Shown here piece by piece: positions 39,406-52,166 of a stretch of 55,176 nt of DNA (positions within the stretch are counted from its first letter, which is position 1; every line of letters starts with the position of its first letter). This DNA comes from Octopus sinensis (Eukaryota), in the NCBI RefSeq assembly GCF_006345805.1, contig NW_021835858.1, positions 1-55,176 on the forward strand, given 5' to 3'. The position numbers and the translations under genes were made by a program. The notes under the pieces are model-generated. The model ran no database searches and had not been told where the DNA came from. It saw only the letters and a list, made by a program, of their open reading frames with translations.

Positions 39406-40823
39406 ATATATATATGTATATACTTGTGTGTGTGTGACCTGTTAGACATAGCAACCAAATATCCATATCCACCAAATCATGTCCGACTATCTCGAAACAG
39501 AACGGATATATTGGATAATGTAGGAGTCATAAATAAATATATATGTGTGTGTATGTGCGTGTGTATGTGTGTGCGCGTGCGCGTGTATGTATACTTTACA
39601 GAATAAAGGAGAGAATCACTTTCATTGCTTTTTACGTGCAAGTGTACGTCTATGGCCGTGCGACTTCGGGGCTCGTATATTCATGTATAAGCACTTGTAC
39701 TCATAGGCTTTGGAATATTTGTGCTGATGATTGTAGGAAGTATTTTATGACTTTACGCTTGAAATTGGTTCCCATACACAATTAACCAGAAAGTTTGATT
39801 CATTATTTTTCCATTTGCCCGCTTACAGCCTGTGGTTTAGGACATCTAAGGCGGTTTTTAACGCCATTTGGCGACTATATTTAGCGTATATATAATTATG
39901 TATATATGAATGTATGTATGTGTATTCTTTTATTCTTTTACTTGTTTTCGTCATTTGACTGCGACCATGCTGGAGCACCGCCTTAAGTCAGACAAATCGA
40001 CCCCAGGACTTATTCTTTGTTAGCCTAGTACTTATTCTATCGGTCACTTTTGCCGAACCGCTACGTTACGGAGACATAAACACACCAGCGACGAGCTTCT
40101 TTCAGTTTCCGTCTACCAAATCCACTCACATGGTTTTGGCCGGTCCGAGACTATAATAGAAGACAATTGCCCAAGGTGCCACGCAGTGGGACTGAACCCA
40201 GAACCATGTGGTTGGTAAGCATGCCACTCCTGCGCCTATATGTATGTATGTGTGTGTAAGTTTTATATATATATATATATATACACACAACACATATAAT
40301 TCTTTGCAGGTGCAGTCTGGCAAAGTGGCTTAGAAGGTCTCTTTACAAACAAGAGGTCCCATATTTGCTCCCATGGTATGGCATTTTGGGCAAAAGTGAG
40401 CCCATTCTTTTTGAATGGCATAAGGTGCACGGAAACTGTACAAAACCCCCATCTTGTAATTCATATTAGAAAACCAAGTACATCCTCTTTCTCACACTAT
40501 ATTACATAGATTCTGCATAAGGGTTACACTAAAGGTACGCTAAAGGTAGCACTTACCTTGGAATACTCAACCTATCTACACGTTGATTCAGGAGTAGGTA
40601 ATTTATTTGACTGAACACCTGAATCCTCGTCGTCAAAGGACGGAAGCTCACTAGCGTAATTCTTCATTCGCAGCCCCAAACGTTCAATACAATATTGATA
40701 ATGTTGAGCACTTCTGAATTTGGTTTTGTGGCTGTCACTCTTAAACGCTAAAACAAAATAGAGGCCAGACGCCACTGGAATAATTAATTAAGATGTCATA
40801 TTGGTTGGTATGACATATTATAC

Positions 40824-40862
<39 letters not shown>

Positions 40863-41060
40863 TGTACGTATGTATGAATTGCGTCTCATATAAACTCACT
40901 ATCATCTGGTCAGATCAGTCGTTGTAATTTCTTATTGCTAACATCTGGTACTCATAACTCAGAGATTTGCAGCTGATCTCCTTCAGACGGATTAGTCTCT
41001 TAAATCTCAATACTTAGCGATCTTAACTTAACACGCACTGACTACAAATACATACATACG

Positions 41061-41110
<50 letters not shown>

Positions 41111-41140
41111 CCACACCACCTCACATACACACGCACGCAA

Positions 41141-41149
<9 letters not shown>

Positions 41150-41212
<63 letters not shown>
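41150..41212. repeat. (GATA)n tetranucleotide array
   Basis: Direct reading. Confidence 0.95.
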
Positions 41213-41214
<2 letters not shown>

Positions 41215-41897
41215 CGCTAGATAGATTTATGTATATGTATTTACATATACAAGTATAGATATATATATATATACACACACATATACGAAGCATGAGCCTC
41301 TTTTGCGCAAAAGGTCAATGTAAGTGCGTATATATTCTCGAGGTCTTTTCAATTTTCTGTTTAGTTTCGTCACAGAAAGTTGAAGAGACTGATTAGCGAG
41401 TGACACATTCTCCCAAATGTCCTGCCACTCTGCAAGAAAGATTCCTTACCTCCGTCGTTCTTAGTGGCGGCGGCGGCGCCGGTGGGGATTCTTACACAGA
41501 AGAAAAATGTGTAGGTTTGCATTAAAATAAAATCTAGATTAAACAAAAAAGTATATATATTATTCATGATTTTTTTTGTTGGTTTATATTTATTGTAGTA
41601 GAGCAGTGGTTGAACATCGGATAAAATGTCTTGCAGTTTGTAGTTATGCTCCTTTATGTTATGAGTTCAGATTACATGGAGCTTGTTTTCGCCTTTCGTT
41701 CCTTCCATCTTCACTAAAATATTGATCTATGTTTAATCGGTGTAATCGACTTACTCCCTCTCACGAACTTGCTGGCTTTGTGCCTAAACTTGAAACCACT
41801 GTTATCGCTATTGTTGTTCTTGTTAAGGCTGTGAACTGGCAGAATCGTTAGAATGCCGGACAAAATACTTAGCAGCATTTCGTCTGTATTTACGTAC

Positions 41898-42210
41898 TGT
41901 TGTATAGTTAAATTGTATATCCCTCCCGGTAAAAAGTGGTAGGAACCAGCCATTATAAATAGACCAGTAGCCCGTCGTCAAGAGAGGGTCGGGAGTCAAA
42001 GAGTTGAGAGTCAACAGTTCTAGTCGGTGTCTCGTGATGATATCAGCGATAGTGTATTACTATTATCAGAATAGCGTCTTACTATTCCGGTACGAAGAGA
42101 TACAACGGTATCCGATGACTAGTTACTCTTGTGGCTACGAGCGTAAAACAGCAACTACAATACAACGGCAGTCACACATAACACCAGTGAGAAGAATCCA
42201 CTTTACAACA
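41898..42210 (+). mobile_element. Solo LTR (313 bp) inserted into a SINE
   Basis: TGTTGTA...TACAACA termini (7-bp inverted repeat). Flanks CGTAC and CATTC are each one mismatch from the SINE target CGTTC, giving a 5-bp TSD. Internal TATAAATA at 41954. The SINE resumes in register on both sides. Confidence 0.7.
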
Positions 42211-42774
42211 CATTCTGAGTTCAAGATCCGCTGAAGTTGACTTTGCTTTTCATCCTTTCGGGGTCGATAAAATAAGTACCAGTCAAAAGAGTCAAATGAA
42301 ACGAATGGTAGATCCAGTGTCACCGAACTAGAGCCCCACAGTTGTGTTACATATTTTATTGATCATTTCTACCGTTTCCTGTTGAGAACAGACTCGTCTG
42401 CATCAGACGCCTTCCTATTTTTTTCTGTTTACTGGTTCCATGTAGATGGGAACGAATAGGTAAATCCATATAATTCTTTTTTTAAAAGACCGCTTTCTCG
42501 CTACATGAGGATGTAAACACAAGTGCATTGTGGGTAGCTGAACATTGTAGATGGTTGCTGGGACTCGTTTTTGCAGTCCAATCAAAATCTCTGAATTATC
42601 GTGTTCTCTGTGAACGACCGTGTTATCATAGATCAATCCGTGATAAACGTGACATGGCTCACAACTGAGCGTACCGAGTTATCCCGGACCAATTAAGAAT
42701 GAATCAGTGATGAACGAAGCACATGTAATTAAACAAGAAGCAATGAGTTTAATATTTTTGTAACAAAAAATATA

Positions 42775-43152
42775 TTCTTTTCTACTCTATGCACAAGGCC
42801 CAACATTTTGGGAGAGGGACGAGTCGATTAGATCGACTCAGCACGCAACTTGTACTTAATTTATCGACTCCTAAAGGATGAAAGGCAAAGTCGACCTCGG
42901 CGGAATTTGAACTCAGAACGTAACGACAGACGAAATACCCATTTCTTTACTACCCACAAGGGGCTAAACATAGAGGAGGACAAACAAGGACAGACAAACG
43001 GATTAAGTCGATTATGTCGACCCCAGTGCGTAACTGGTACTTAATTTATCGACCCCGAAAGGATGAAAGGCAAAGTCGACCTCGGCGGAATTTGAACTCA
43101 GAACGTAACAGCAGACGAAATACCGCTAAGCATTTCGCCCGGCGTGCTAACA
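42775..43152 (-). mobile_element. Dimeric SINE family A copy
   Basis: Full monomer, linker (ttaatccgtttgtctgtccttgtttgtcc...ccttgtgggtagtaaagaaat) and a second headless monomer. Confidence 0.85.
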
Positions 43153-44117
43153 TGTCTACCAGCTCGCCGCCTTATAGCAAAAAAATATATTAAAATCTAT
43201 ATTATTTATAAACACTTAAATGCTTTTGCATTTCAAAGTAGAATTTTAAAGAATTAAAGAAATTAGCATTTCCATCTTCAAGAAATTTGAAATTCTCATT
43301 TCTTTATGTATTTTCAAATTCTCGATTGTTATCATATATTTTTTTACTTGTTTAGACTGCGGCCATGCTTGGACGTGACTGATTGTTATACGATGAAAGA
43401 CGCTTTCTATGTTAATATTTAGGATTCCAAGTATTGCAGTTCAAACCGGGAGAAGATTAGATACACTATTTTGTGCTTGAGTTACGTGATGAGACATAGA
43501 ACAGGCGAAAGGTGTATGCTGTGTAGTTGGATCGAACTGGAGTAAGCGGTGTGTCAAAAACACGTTATTATTGAGAAACAGAGATCTTTATGTAGAAGTA
43601 GGCTTGGCTTCTGGTTGTTGAATTATCAGTGAAGATTTGTCTTTTAGGCTGACTGAGTGTTCATAGATACAGTCCATAACATGAATGCAAATGGAATATA
43701 TCGTTTATACAAGATATGTGAATAATATTCATAAACAAATGTGGTCCTGCTGCGTAGAATCTTGAAGTGCGAAAGGACGGTTAGTTTACAGAGTTTCTAG
43801 AGGGGCGGAAAAACTGATTTGCTATATGTGATCCGGCTGTTTATATTTAAAGTTCAAATCCCACCAACTTCAACTTTGCTTTTCATCCTCTATCGGAGCC
43901 GATAAAATAAAGCACCACTCTAGGTGCTGAGGCTGATAATATCAGTTAATCCCATCCATACATATATGAACAATATCTCAAAGATCAAACCTGGTTTAGT
44001 ATTGATTTAAATAGAAATACTTAATGAATTTTCTCGGCTCCTGGTGGCCTTGTATGTTTTTAGTTGTCGTTCACTTATAAATAGGAATAAACCTAGCAAT
44101 TTATATACTCCTAAAGT

Positions 44118-44515
44118 TGGCGAGCTGGCAGAAACGTTAGAACACCGGGCGAAATGCTTGGCAGTATTTCGTCTGCCGCTACGTTCTGAGTTCAAATTCC
44201 GCCGAGGTCGACTTTGCCTTTCATCCTTTCGAGGTCGATTAAATAAGTACCAGTTACACCATGGGGTCGATATAATCGACTTAATCCGTTTGTCTGTCCT
44301 TGTTTGTCCTCTCTGTGTTTAGCCCCTTGTGGGTAGTAAAGAAATAGGTATTTCGTCTGTCTTTATGTTCTGAGTTCAAATTCTGCCGAGGTCGACTTTG
44401 CTTTTCATCCTTTTGGAGTCGATAAATTAAGTACAAGTTACGTACTGGAGTCAATCTACTCGACTGCCCCACCTCTCTAAAAATTTCGGACCTTGTGCCT
44501 AGAGTAGAAAAGAAT
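44118..44515 (+). mobile_element. Dimeric SINE family A copy
   Basis: Same dimer architecture as 42775-43152 in the opposite orientation; partial dimers also at 3655-3945 and 15700-15865. Confidence 0.85.
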
Positions 44516-45419
44516 TTATATAATCCTACATTGGCACCAATAATGGTAAAACGGGGAGCTGGCAGAATTGTTAGCACGTTGGGCAAAATTCTTAACAGCT
44601 TTTCCTCCAATGCCTTACGCTCCGTTCTGCGTTCGAATCCTGCCGCGACCAACTTTGACTTCGTCTTTTTGGGGGTCGATAAGATAAACTATCAGTCAAG
44701 TACAGCGTCAATGTAATCGCCCAATCCATTTCCTTCAAAATTACTGACTTTGTGCTTAAAACAGAAACAATTATTTCACTGGGGCAGTATATCACACTAC
44801 TTCATAAAAGCCCGTTGCTGGAAATCTACTTGTCCATGTTTGATAGAGACCTGATGGTGATACGATGATTGTCCCGGCTGTCAGCAGATGTCACCAGGTC
44901 TTTTTTCGAATAAGAACCGCAATTAATAATGTACCTAAGTATCTTAAAGGGCTTGTGTGTGTGTGTGTGTTCTATCTGTCTTATAGAGATGTTCCCAGTA
45001 TCTGCGTGTATATGTGTGTGCAAGGTTGTTTTCTCTCTCTCTCTCTCTCTGCGCACATGTTTGTGTGTGTGTGTGTATGTGTGTAAGCATGCCATCTAAC
45101 ATAACGCCTTCTGACCCACGATTGGTGTTGGGTTACACGAACACTGAAACACGGCAGAAGCCTTAATTAAGTGGTTCTCTAGGTCCCTCTGCAATCTGTG
45201 TATGTAAGTATGAGTGTGTATGTGTGTGTGGAGAGATTGTATTGCTAAGTATATATGTGCACCTGTATGTACGTGTGTGCGGAGAAGGGAGAGAGAGAGA
45301 GAGAGAGGTAAAACGAGAAAGGGACAAAAACAAAATGACAGGACAGAAATGTGTAAAGACAGACATATTGGTTATGTCCAGGTAAACTGGATTATTTTGT
45401 TCTGTTGGACTTCATTGAA

Positions 45420-46795
45420 ATAAGGTCGGTGATGATGGTGATGCTGATGATAATGAAATGATTATAATGGTAACGACGATAATGAGGATGATGACAACGA
45501 TGATGGCGATGATGATGATGGTGGTGGTGATGGTAGTGGTGGTGGTGGTTGGGACGACAGTGTTGGTGGTGATGATGATGGTGGTTGTGATGTTGATGAT
45601 GACGATGGAATTATTGACGAAGCGGGTATCTGGGTATGGACGTTGGTCGGTTTCTTTAGTTTGTACCATTCTCTTTTCCCCACCTCCTCTTCCTCCTCCT
45701 CACCCTCCCATACGTGGACATCCAATGAAAACAAAACATCAATCATCACTAGAAAACACAAGGAGGGAGAGAGGGGAAGAGAGAGAGAAAGAAAGAAAGA
45801 AAGAAAGAGAAATAATGAGAGATGGAAGAATTGGAAATTTGTAGTGGTTGAATGGAGAAATATGATGGTGACATGGACCTACCAGGTTGAGAGAGAGAGA
45901 GAGGGGGGAGATTTAAAGAGAAAGAGTGTGAGCGAGACAGAGACAGGCAGACAGACAGTGGAGATTCAGAACATAGAGAGACGCAGGCAGAAGCAGAGAG
46001 AGTGAGCTAGAGAGAGAGATGAGACAGAGAGAGAGACAGACAGACAGAGAAAGAGAGAGAGAGAGAAAGAGAGGAAAAGAGAGAGAGAGAAAGAGAGGGT
46101 ATGTGTGTGTAAGTAGTTTGTGGTGCGTGGTGTGACTATGTGTATGCGGGTGAGAGTTAGGGGCTTTCTCTGTGTGTGTATGTGTGTGTGTGTGTGTGTG
46201 TGTAGGGGTGGATAAGAAAATGATGACGTTTTAACTCTTTACAACTCGGCATTTGCCATGTCACATGACCTTACAACTGATACTAAAACTGTTGCTACCG
46301 CTCTAACTACTACTACCACCACCTCCACCACCACCACTACCACTACTATCATCTCCACAATGACTACTACTACTACTACCACATCCATCACCACCACCAT
46401 CACTACTACCTCCACCATTACTACTACTGCTACTACTACTACTAGTGGTAATAATCATTAAGACGAAGCACCAACAATCCAACTACGACCACCACCATCA
46501 CCACCACCACCTCTAATGTAGCCACGACATTCAGCCACTACTTTCTAACCCCCACCACCGTTACTAGCCGTTAGAACAACCATAGCTACGCTACCACCAC
46601 CACCACCACCACCACCACCACCACCACCACCATCTTGTATTACAACCACCACCGCAAATTCCACTCCTCTAACATCACCACTACTACCACCACCACCACT
46701 ACTACTACCATCACAAATTCCACTTCTCCTCCACACACCACCACCACCACCACTACCATTACTACCACAAATTCCATTTCTGCTCCATCGCCACC

Positions 46796-46826
<31 letters not shown>

Positions 46827-46900
46827 TCAGCCATTATTAGAATCAACCACTGTCACAATCCCCACTGCCACCACCCTTACAACCACCACCACCATCACCA
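45420..46900. repeat. Block of GAT/GGT, GA and ACC/ACT low-complexity repeats
   Basis: Direct reading; source of the poly-V/T/H/P pseudo-ORFs. Confidence 0.9.
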
Positions 46901-47507
46901 CCGCTACCATCCATCACAAGTAACCACTATGCCTTTCCCGCCACCGTCCGCCGCCGCCGCCTCTCCCTTATCGTGGTTTAGGCGAACGTCAAAGCTGCCA
47001 TGCTGTGTGACAAGCTAAACTCCGAATAACCGAACCGGAGATGGACGGGACGACGGAATCTGCCGAAAGTTATCCATTGTGGTCGCACAGGAAGAAGACA
47101 TTTTGTTAATTTACACCTGTCTGGCCAGTTTTGTTCATTAGGTCAAATATCCACCTGTAGTTAGGAAGGTAGTGGGAGCTGGGGGGTCCCAGTTAGAAAC
47201 AGTTCATCCGACCCGACAGCCATTGATTGCGCATCTTTGATCTTTTGCTCGTTTCAAGCTATTAGACTGCGGCCATGCTGCAGCATCGCCTTGAACAATT
47301 TGTAGTCGAAGGAATCGACCCCAGTACTTCATTTTTAAGCCTAGTACTTACTCTATCGATTTTTTTTTTTGCCGAACTGCTAAGTTACGGGGGTGCAAAC
47401 ACGCCAACACCGATTGTCAAGCGGTGGTGAGAGAAACACGGACAGAAAAGCACATACACACACACACACATACATACATACATTACATACATACATATAT
47501 GTATATA

Positions 47508-47574
<67 letters not shown>

Positions 47575-47976
47575 GTATATATATGTGTATTATATATATA
47601 CTATACAATCTATATATATTGTTATTATATGTGTATATATATATATTAATATATACATTATATATATGTAATATATGTGTATATATATATATACATATAT
47701 ATATCATGTTATATATGTGTATCTATATAATATATACATACATATATATATATGTATATATATGTGTATATATATATATATATATAATATATATATATAT
47801 TATATATATAACATGTATAATATATGTATTATATATATGTGAGTGTATAAAAAAAATACAAATGGGACAAAAACGCAAAACGTTTTGATGACGACACAAA
47901 AAACAGGGACGAGGACATTCAAAGTCTCAATCTTCAGTCAAGAACCGGATCATCCTTGCAATTTCGGCTGATGTAA

Positions 47977-48009
<33 letters not shown>

Positions 48010-48300
48010 ATATATGATGAGAATTATGGAACTCAACAATTTTGTTAAAATGGCGAAGAGATGTTAAAATATATAAGAGAATTTTATATATATTGTAGCA
48101 ACTTCTCTTCCCCTTTAAATCAAATTGTTGAGTATTATGGGATTTCTTTCCACAAATTCACAACACATCATTTACAAGTTCTTTTTTTTTTTTTCATATT
48201 CGCAAACTTACGCCAGTAAGCTACAAGCAAAATATGAAGAAATCTACATTAAAAATCTTTTTTGGAAACCTCCAAATTAAAGGACGAATCCAATTCAACC

Positions 48301-48345
<45 letters not shown>

Positions 48346-49446
48346 ACGCGCGCGCGCACACACACACACATATATTCATATATTGACAAATTATAAATGT
48401 TGGAGTGAATCTAACGGGTTTTGTGAATGTGTTTTTTTAATGGCTTATAAACACCTTCCACGCCACAATTGTGCGAATGCATATATATGTATGTATGCAT
48501 GTATGTATGTATGTATGTATAAATATGTATGTATGTATGTACGACGGGCTTCTTTCAGATTCCGTCTACCAAATCCACACACAAAGCCTTCGTCGGCCCG
48601 AAGCTATAGTAGATGACTCTTGCCCAAGGTGCCACGCAGTAGAACTGAACCCAGAACCATGTGGTTGGTAAGCAAGCTTCTTACCACACAGCCACGCCTG
48701 CGCCGCTTCGGTTATTATTTTCCTTCTTTTCATTAAGCTCATCGAAATTCTCCTTTAATTCTTGAACGATAATCTTTTGCGCAAGACAATTGTTTCAAAA
48801 GAAGTCGCCATCTCTTACAGTTTGGTTTGTTTTAATCATTGAATAGCAGCCACGCTAAGGCATTGCCTTGAAGGATTTAGTCGAACAAATCAAACAATCT
48901 GTGCCGCTTCAGGTGACGTGCTAGCAGAATCACAACCGTGTCGGACAAAATACTTGACGGCATTTCGTCCGTTTTCCTGTTCTGAGTTCAAATATTACCG
49001 AGGTCGACTTTGCCTTTCATCCTTTCGGAATCGATGAAATAAATACCAGCTGAATATTGGGGTCGACGTAATTGATTTGCTCCTCCCCTCAAAGTTACTG
49101 GCGTTGTACCGAAATTCGACTTCAACGTGATGTATTAAGATAATAGTAGTAATATATAAAGACGGTTCCAAATTTTGGCTCAAGGCTAATAATTTTCCCG
49201 GAAGCAGGGTTAGTAGCATGATTTTATATTTTATGAATAAAGCTTGCGTGTTTTCGATATAACTAAGGATTGAACTTAAAGTTTCATATAATTTACTTGA
49301 GAGAATTAATGAGCTTCGTTGATTAGTTGTCATTAAGGGTGTTCACGCAATATCTTGCAAGAAGCAAATGGATTCTATAAATGTTTCCCTAGAGCAGTAC
49401 AGCAAGTGATTCTTGCAAGCTTTTTATACTATATATATAGCCCGTC

Positions 49447-49509
<63 letters not shown>

Positions 49510-50674
49510 TGTTTGTCCCCACTCCCCGGTATCGCTTGACAACCGATGCTGGTGTGTTTACGTCTCCGTGAAATAGCGGTTCGGCAAAAGAGACCGATAG
49601 AATAAGTACTGGGCTTACAGAGGATAAGTTCTGAAGTACATTTGTTCGACTAAAGGCGGTGCTCCAGCATAGGCGCAATCAAATGATTGAAACAAATAAA
49701 AGAAATGAATAAAAGAAAAGAATATATAGACAGATGTATGTATGTATGTATGCGTGTATGCGTGTCATTGTGTCTGTGTTTGCCCCCATCATCTTTGTCA
49801 ACCGGTGTTGGTCTGTTTACATCCACTGTAACTTAGTGCTTCGACAAAAGAGACAGATAGACTAAGTACTAGGCTCAAAATGAAGTGCTGGAGTTACTAA
49901 AACCCTTGAAGGCGGTGCTCCGCATAGCCGCAGTCAAAAGACTGAAACGAGTAAATAAAACTGTATAATATTGCAGCAGTCATTTTCTTTCTTTTTTTTT
50001 TCTTTTCATCAGAAATTTTATATATTCTTGAAATTCTTTTCCCTTTTATTAGCGTTTTTCAAGAAATCAAAACACTTTGAAACCGAGTGAAATACTCAGC
50101 TTTTAGAACATATTCTATCAGCTTTTTGGTTCTTTTATGTAAAGAAAATTTTATTCAAGAAGAATGTTGTTAATAAATAATTTAGCGACGCAGCTGATGT
50201 TACGAAATGTGTATTAAGTCAACAGCATTGTTTCGATTAAAATGGCGCCGACATATTTATTAAAAACATTTATTAACAGGTTAGACATATTAACAGAGAA
50301 GACGAAGTTTTGTGTAGACGCTTTTTGCAGTCAAACATATTGATAGAATAATAAAAGGTTGTAGCTTTGCGGCTGTTGCACTTGCAGGAGATTATAAGGC
50401 AACTAAAATGTCGAGACTGTGGACAACCGAGATATTAGGATTCAAGCTAACGAGATTGGCTGCGAAACGTAGGTGGGGAGAACATATATATATATGTTGA
50501 TAGAAGAACATGTATATATGTATGTATGTGTGTGTGTGTATTCGTGTATGTGTATATAAATATATGTATGTATGTATATATATATACACATATACACAAC
50601 ATATATACACACTAATGCGCCCGTGTATATATATGTATACCACACACACACCACACACATATACAGATATATAT

Positions 50675-50721
<47 letters not shown>

Positions 50722-50734
50722 GTATATATATATG

Positions 50735-50995
50735 CTGTATTTCCTCGAGTATAATCCGCCTTGAGTATAATACGCGGGGGAATTTTAGAGGGCTGTACCG
50801 CTGAAAAACCTAAAAACTTGTGTATAATACGCACCCCTTCTCTAACTAGAGTCAAGGAGGTCTATATAACGTCCTTGACTCAAGTTAGAGAAGGGGTGCG
50901 TATTATACACAAGGTTTAGGTTTTTCAGAGGTACAGCCCCCTAAAAATCCCCCGCGTATTATACTCAAGGGCGGATTATACTCGAGGATATACGG
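50735..50995. mobile_element. Fold-back MITE of Tc2/pogo-like (TcMar) type
   Basis: Two arms of about 124 bp, near-perfectly inverted around a 13-nt loop (50859-50871). Terminus (C)CGTAT.TCCTCGAGTATAATCCGC, TA at the right flank, and three GTATAATNCGC motifs per arm. Confidence 0.8.
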
Positions 50996-51554
50996 TATAT
51001 ATATTATTAATATATATATATATATATATAACGTCCTTTATCATTATTGTATATATAACATAATGCAAACGTGTAGCTTTTTTGTGCATTTTGTTTGCAG
51101 AAAATAAAGAAATAACAAGCAATAACGTTTAATAAATATTGCTAACTGCAAGTTACGGATTATTCTTTTATGACTTCATTGCTTACAGGCTTAGCTTAAG
51201 ATATTTTCACGCCCGACATCACAAAATACGTCTGAATAAACATTGCCGGACAGCAAAGAGACACTCGAACATTGCTTAGAAAATAATTTTCATTTTTAAC
51301 CTCGTATATAGTACCCACTAGGGATTTTGACCTTTAAATTTTGGGAAAAAAATGCGGATTATACTCAAGCATTTACGTTATATAACTGAAGGATTAAAAT
51401 TAACCAAAGGACATACTAAGCATGTCTACCTGCGAGAAATAACACTCAAAACTTTTATTTAAATCGCTAAAATACACTGATGATAACTACAGAAATCAAC
51501 CGAAGGCAAATCAGGTTAAGACAATCTTCCAACCTACATTTAAGTAAGTGGATT

Positions 51555-51611
51555 CACCTCGACCGGTTTCTGCACTGGTAAAAATAGCCCTAGCTTCCTC
51601 AGCTCGAGTTA
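51555..51611 (-). ncRNA. Degenerate type I hammerhead motif antisense to the Irx intron
   Basis: Minus strand reads taactc-gag-CTGAGGA-(imperfect stem II)-GAAAC-cg-GTC-gaggtg; palindromic ACCGGT stem III. Confidence 0.45.
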
Positions 51612-51826
51612 CCATGATAGAGACTTCCAAGCTATCGTTTTGAAGTCTGCGCCGCAACTGATTTGTTTTGTGCCGAAATTATTGCAGCCATCAGTGTGGA
51701 ATTAATCTCGATACAGGGGTAAATAATTCACGAGAAAAATTAATTTGCGAAGATATTAATTTTGTTATATATATATATATATATATACATACACACACAC
51801 ACACGCACACACATATATATATATAT

Positions 51827-52070
51827 GGAGGCGCAATGGCCCAGTGGTTAGGGCAGCGGACTCCCAGTCGTAGGATCGCGGTTTCGATTCCCAGACCGGA
51901 CGTTGTGAGTGTTTATTGAGCGAAAACATCTAAAGTTCCACGAAACTCCGGTAGGGGATGGTGGCGAACGCTGCAGTACTCTTTCACCACAACATTCTCT
52001 CACTCTTTCTTCCTGTTTCTGTTGTACCTGTATTTCAAAGGGGCCAACCTTATCACGCTGAATCTCCCCT
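51827..52070 (+). mobile_element. tRNA-derived SINE about 100 bp upstream of the Irx exon acceptor
   Basis: Near-identical head and body to 23896-24070. Confidence 0.78.
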
Positions 52071-52166
52071 ATTATGTTAAGCCAAAGAATCGTTTCTTCC
52101 CTAGTCTTGAAAGTACATATATGATTGAGAATTTAATTTTATCTTTTTTTTCTCTCTCTCTTACAG

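Noticed and set aside
41400-41520. GC-rich patch (GGCGGCGGCGGCGCCGG) as a possible exon
   Set aside because: No convincing acceptor/donor pair or recognisable peptide in any frame
42360-42410. Minus-strand CTGT/ACAG stem plus GAAAC-g-GTA
   Set aside because: Core and stem I cannot be placed without several edits
44846-44902. Imperfect hairpin containing TGATTGTCC (miR-219-like 5' end)
   Set aside because: The match is only 9 nt and falls near the loop; upper stem pairing is too poor for a pre-miRNA
1741-50855. Dozens of ORFs rich in YI/HT/CV/N/T/H/V runs
   Set aside because: Translations of TA, CA, AAT, CAT and GGT microsatellites; no splice or compositional support
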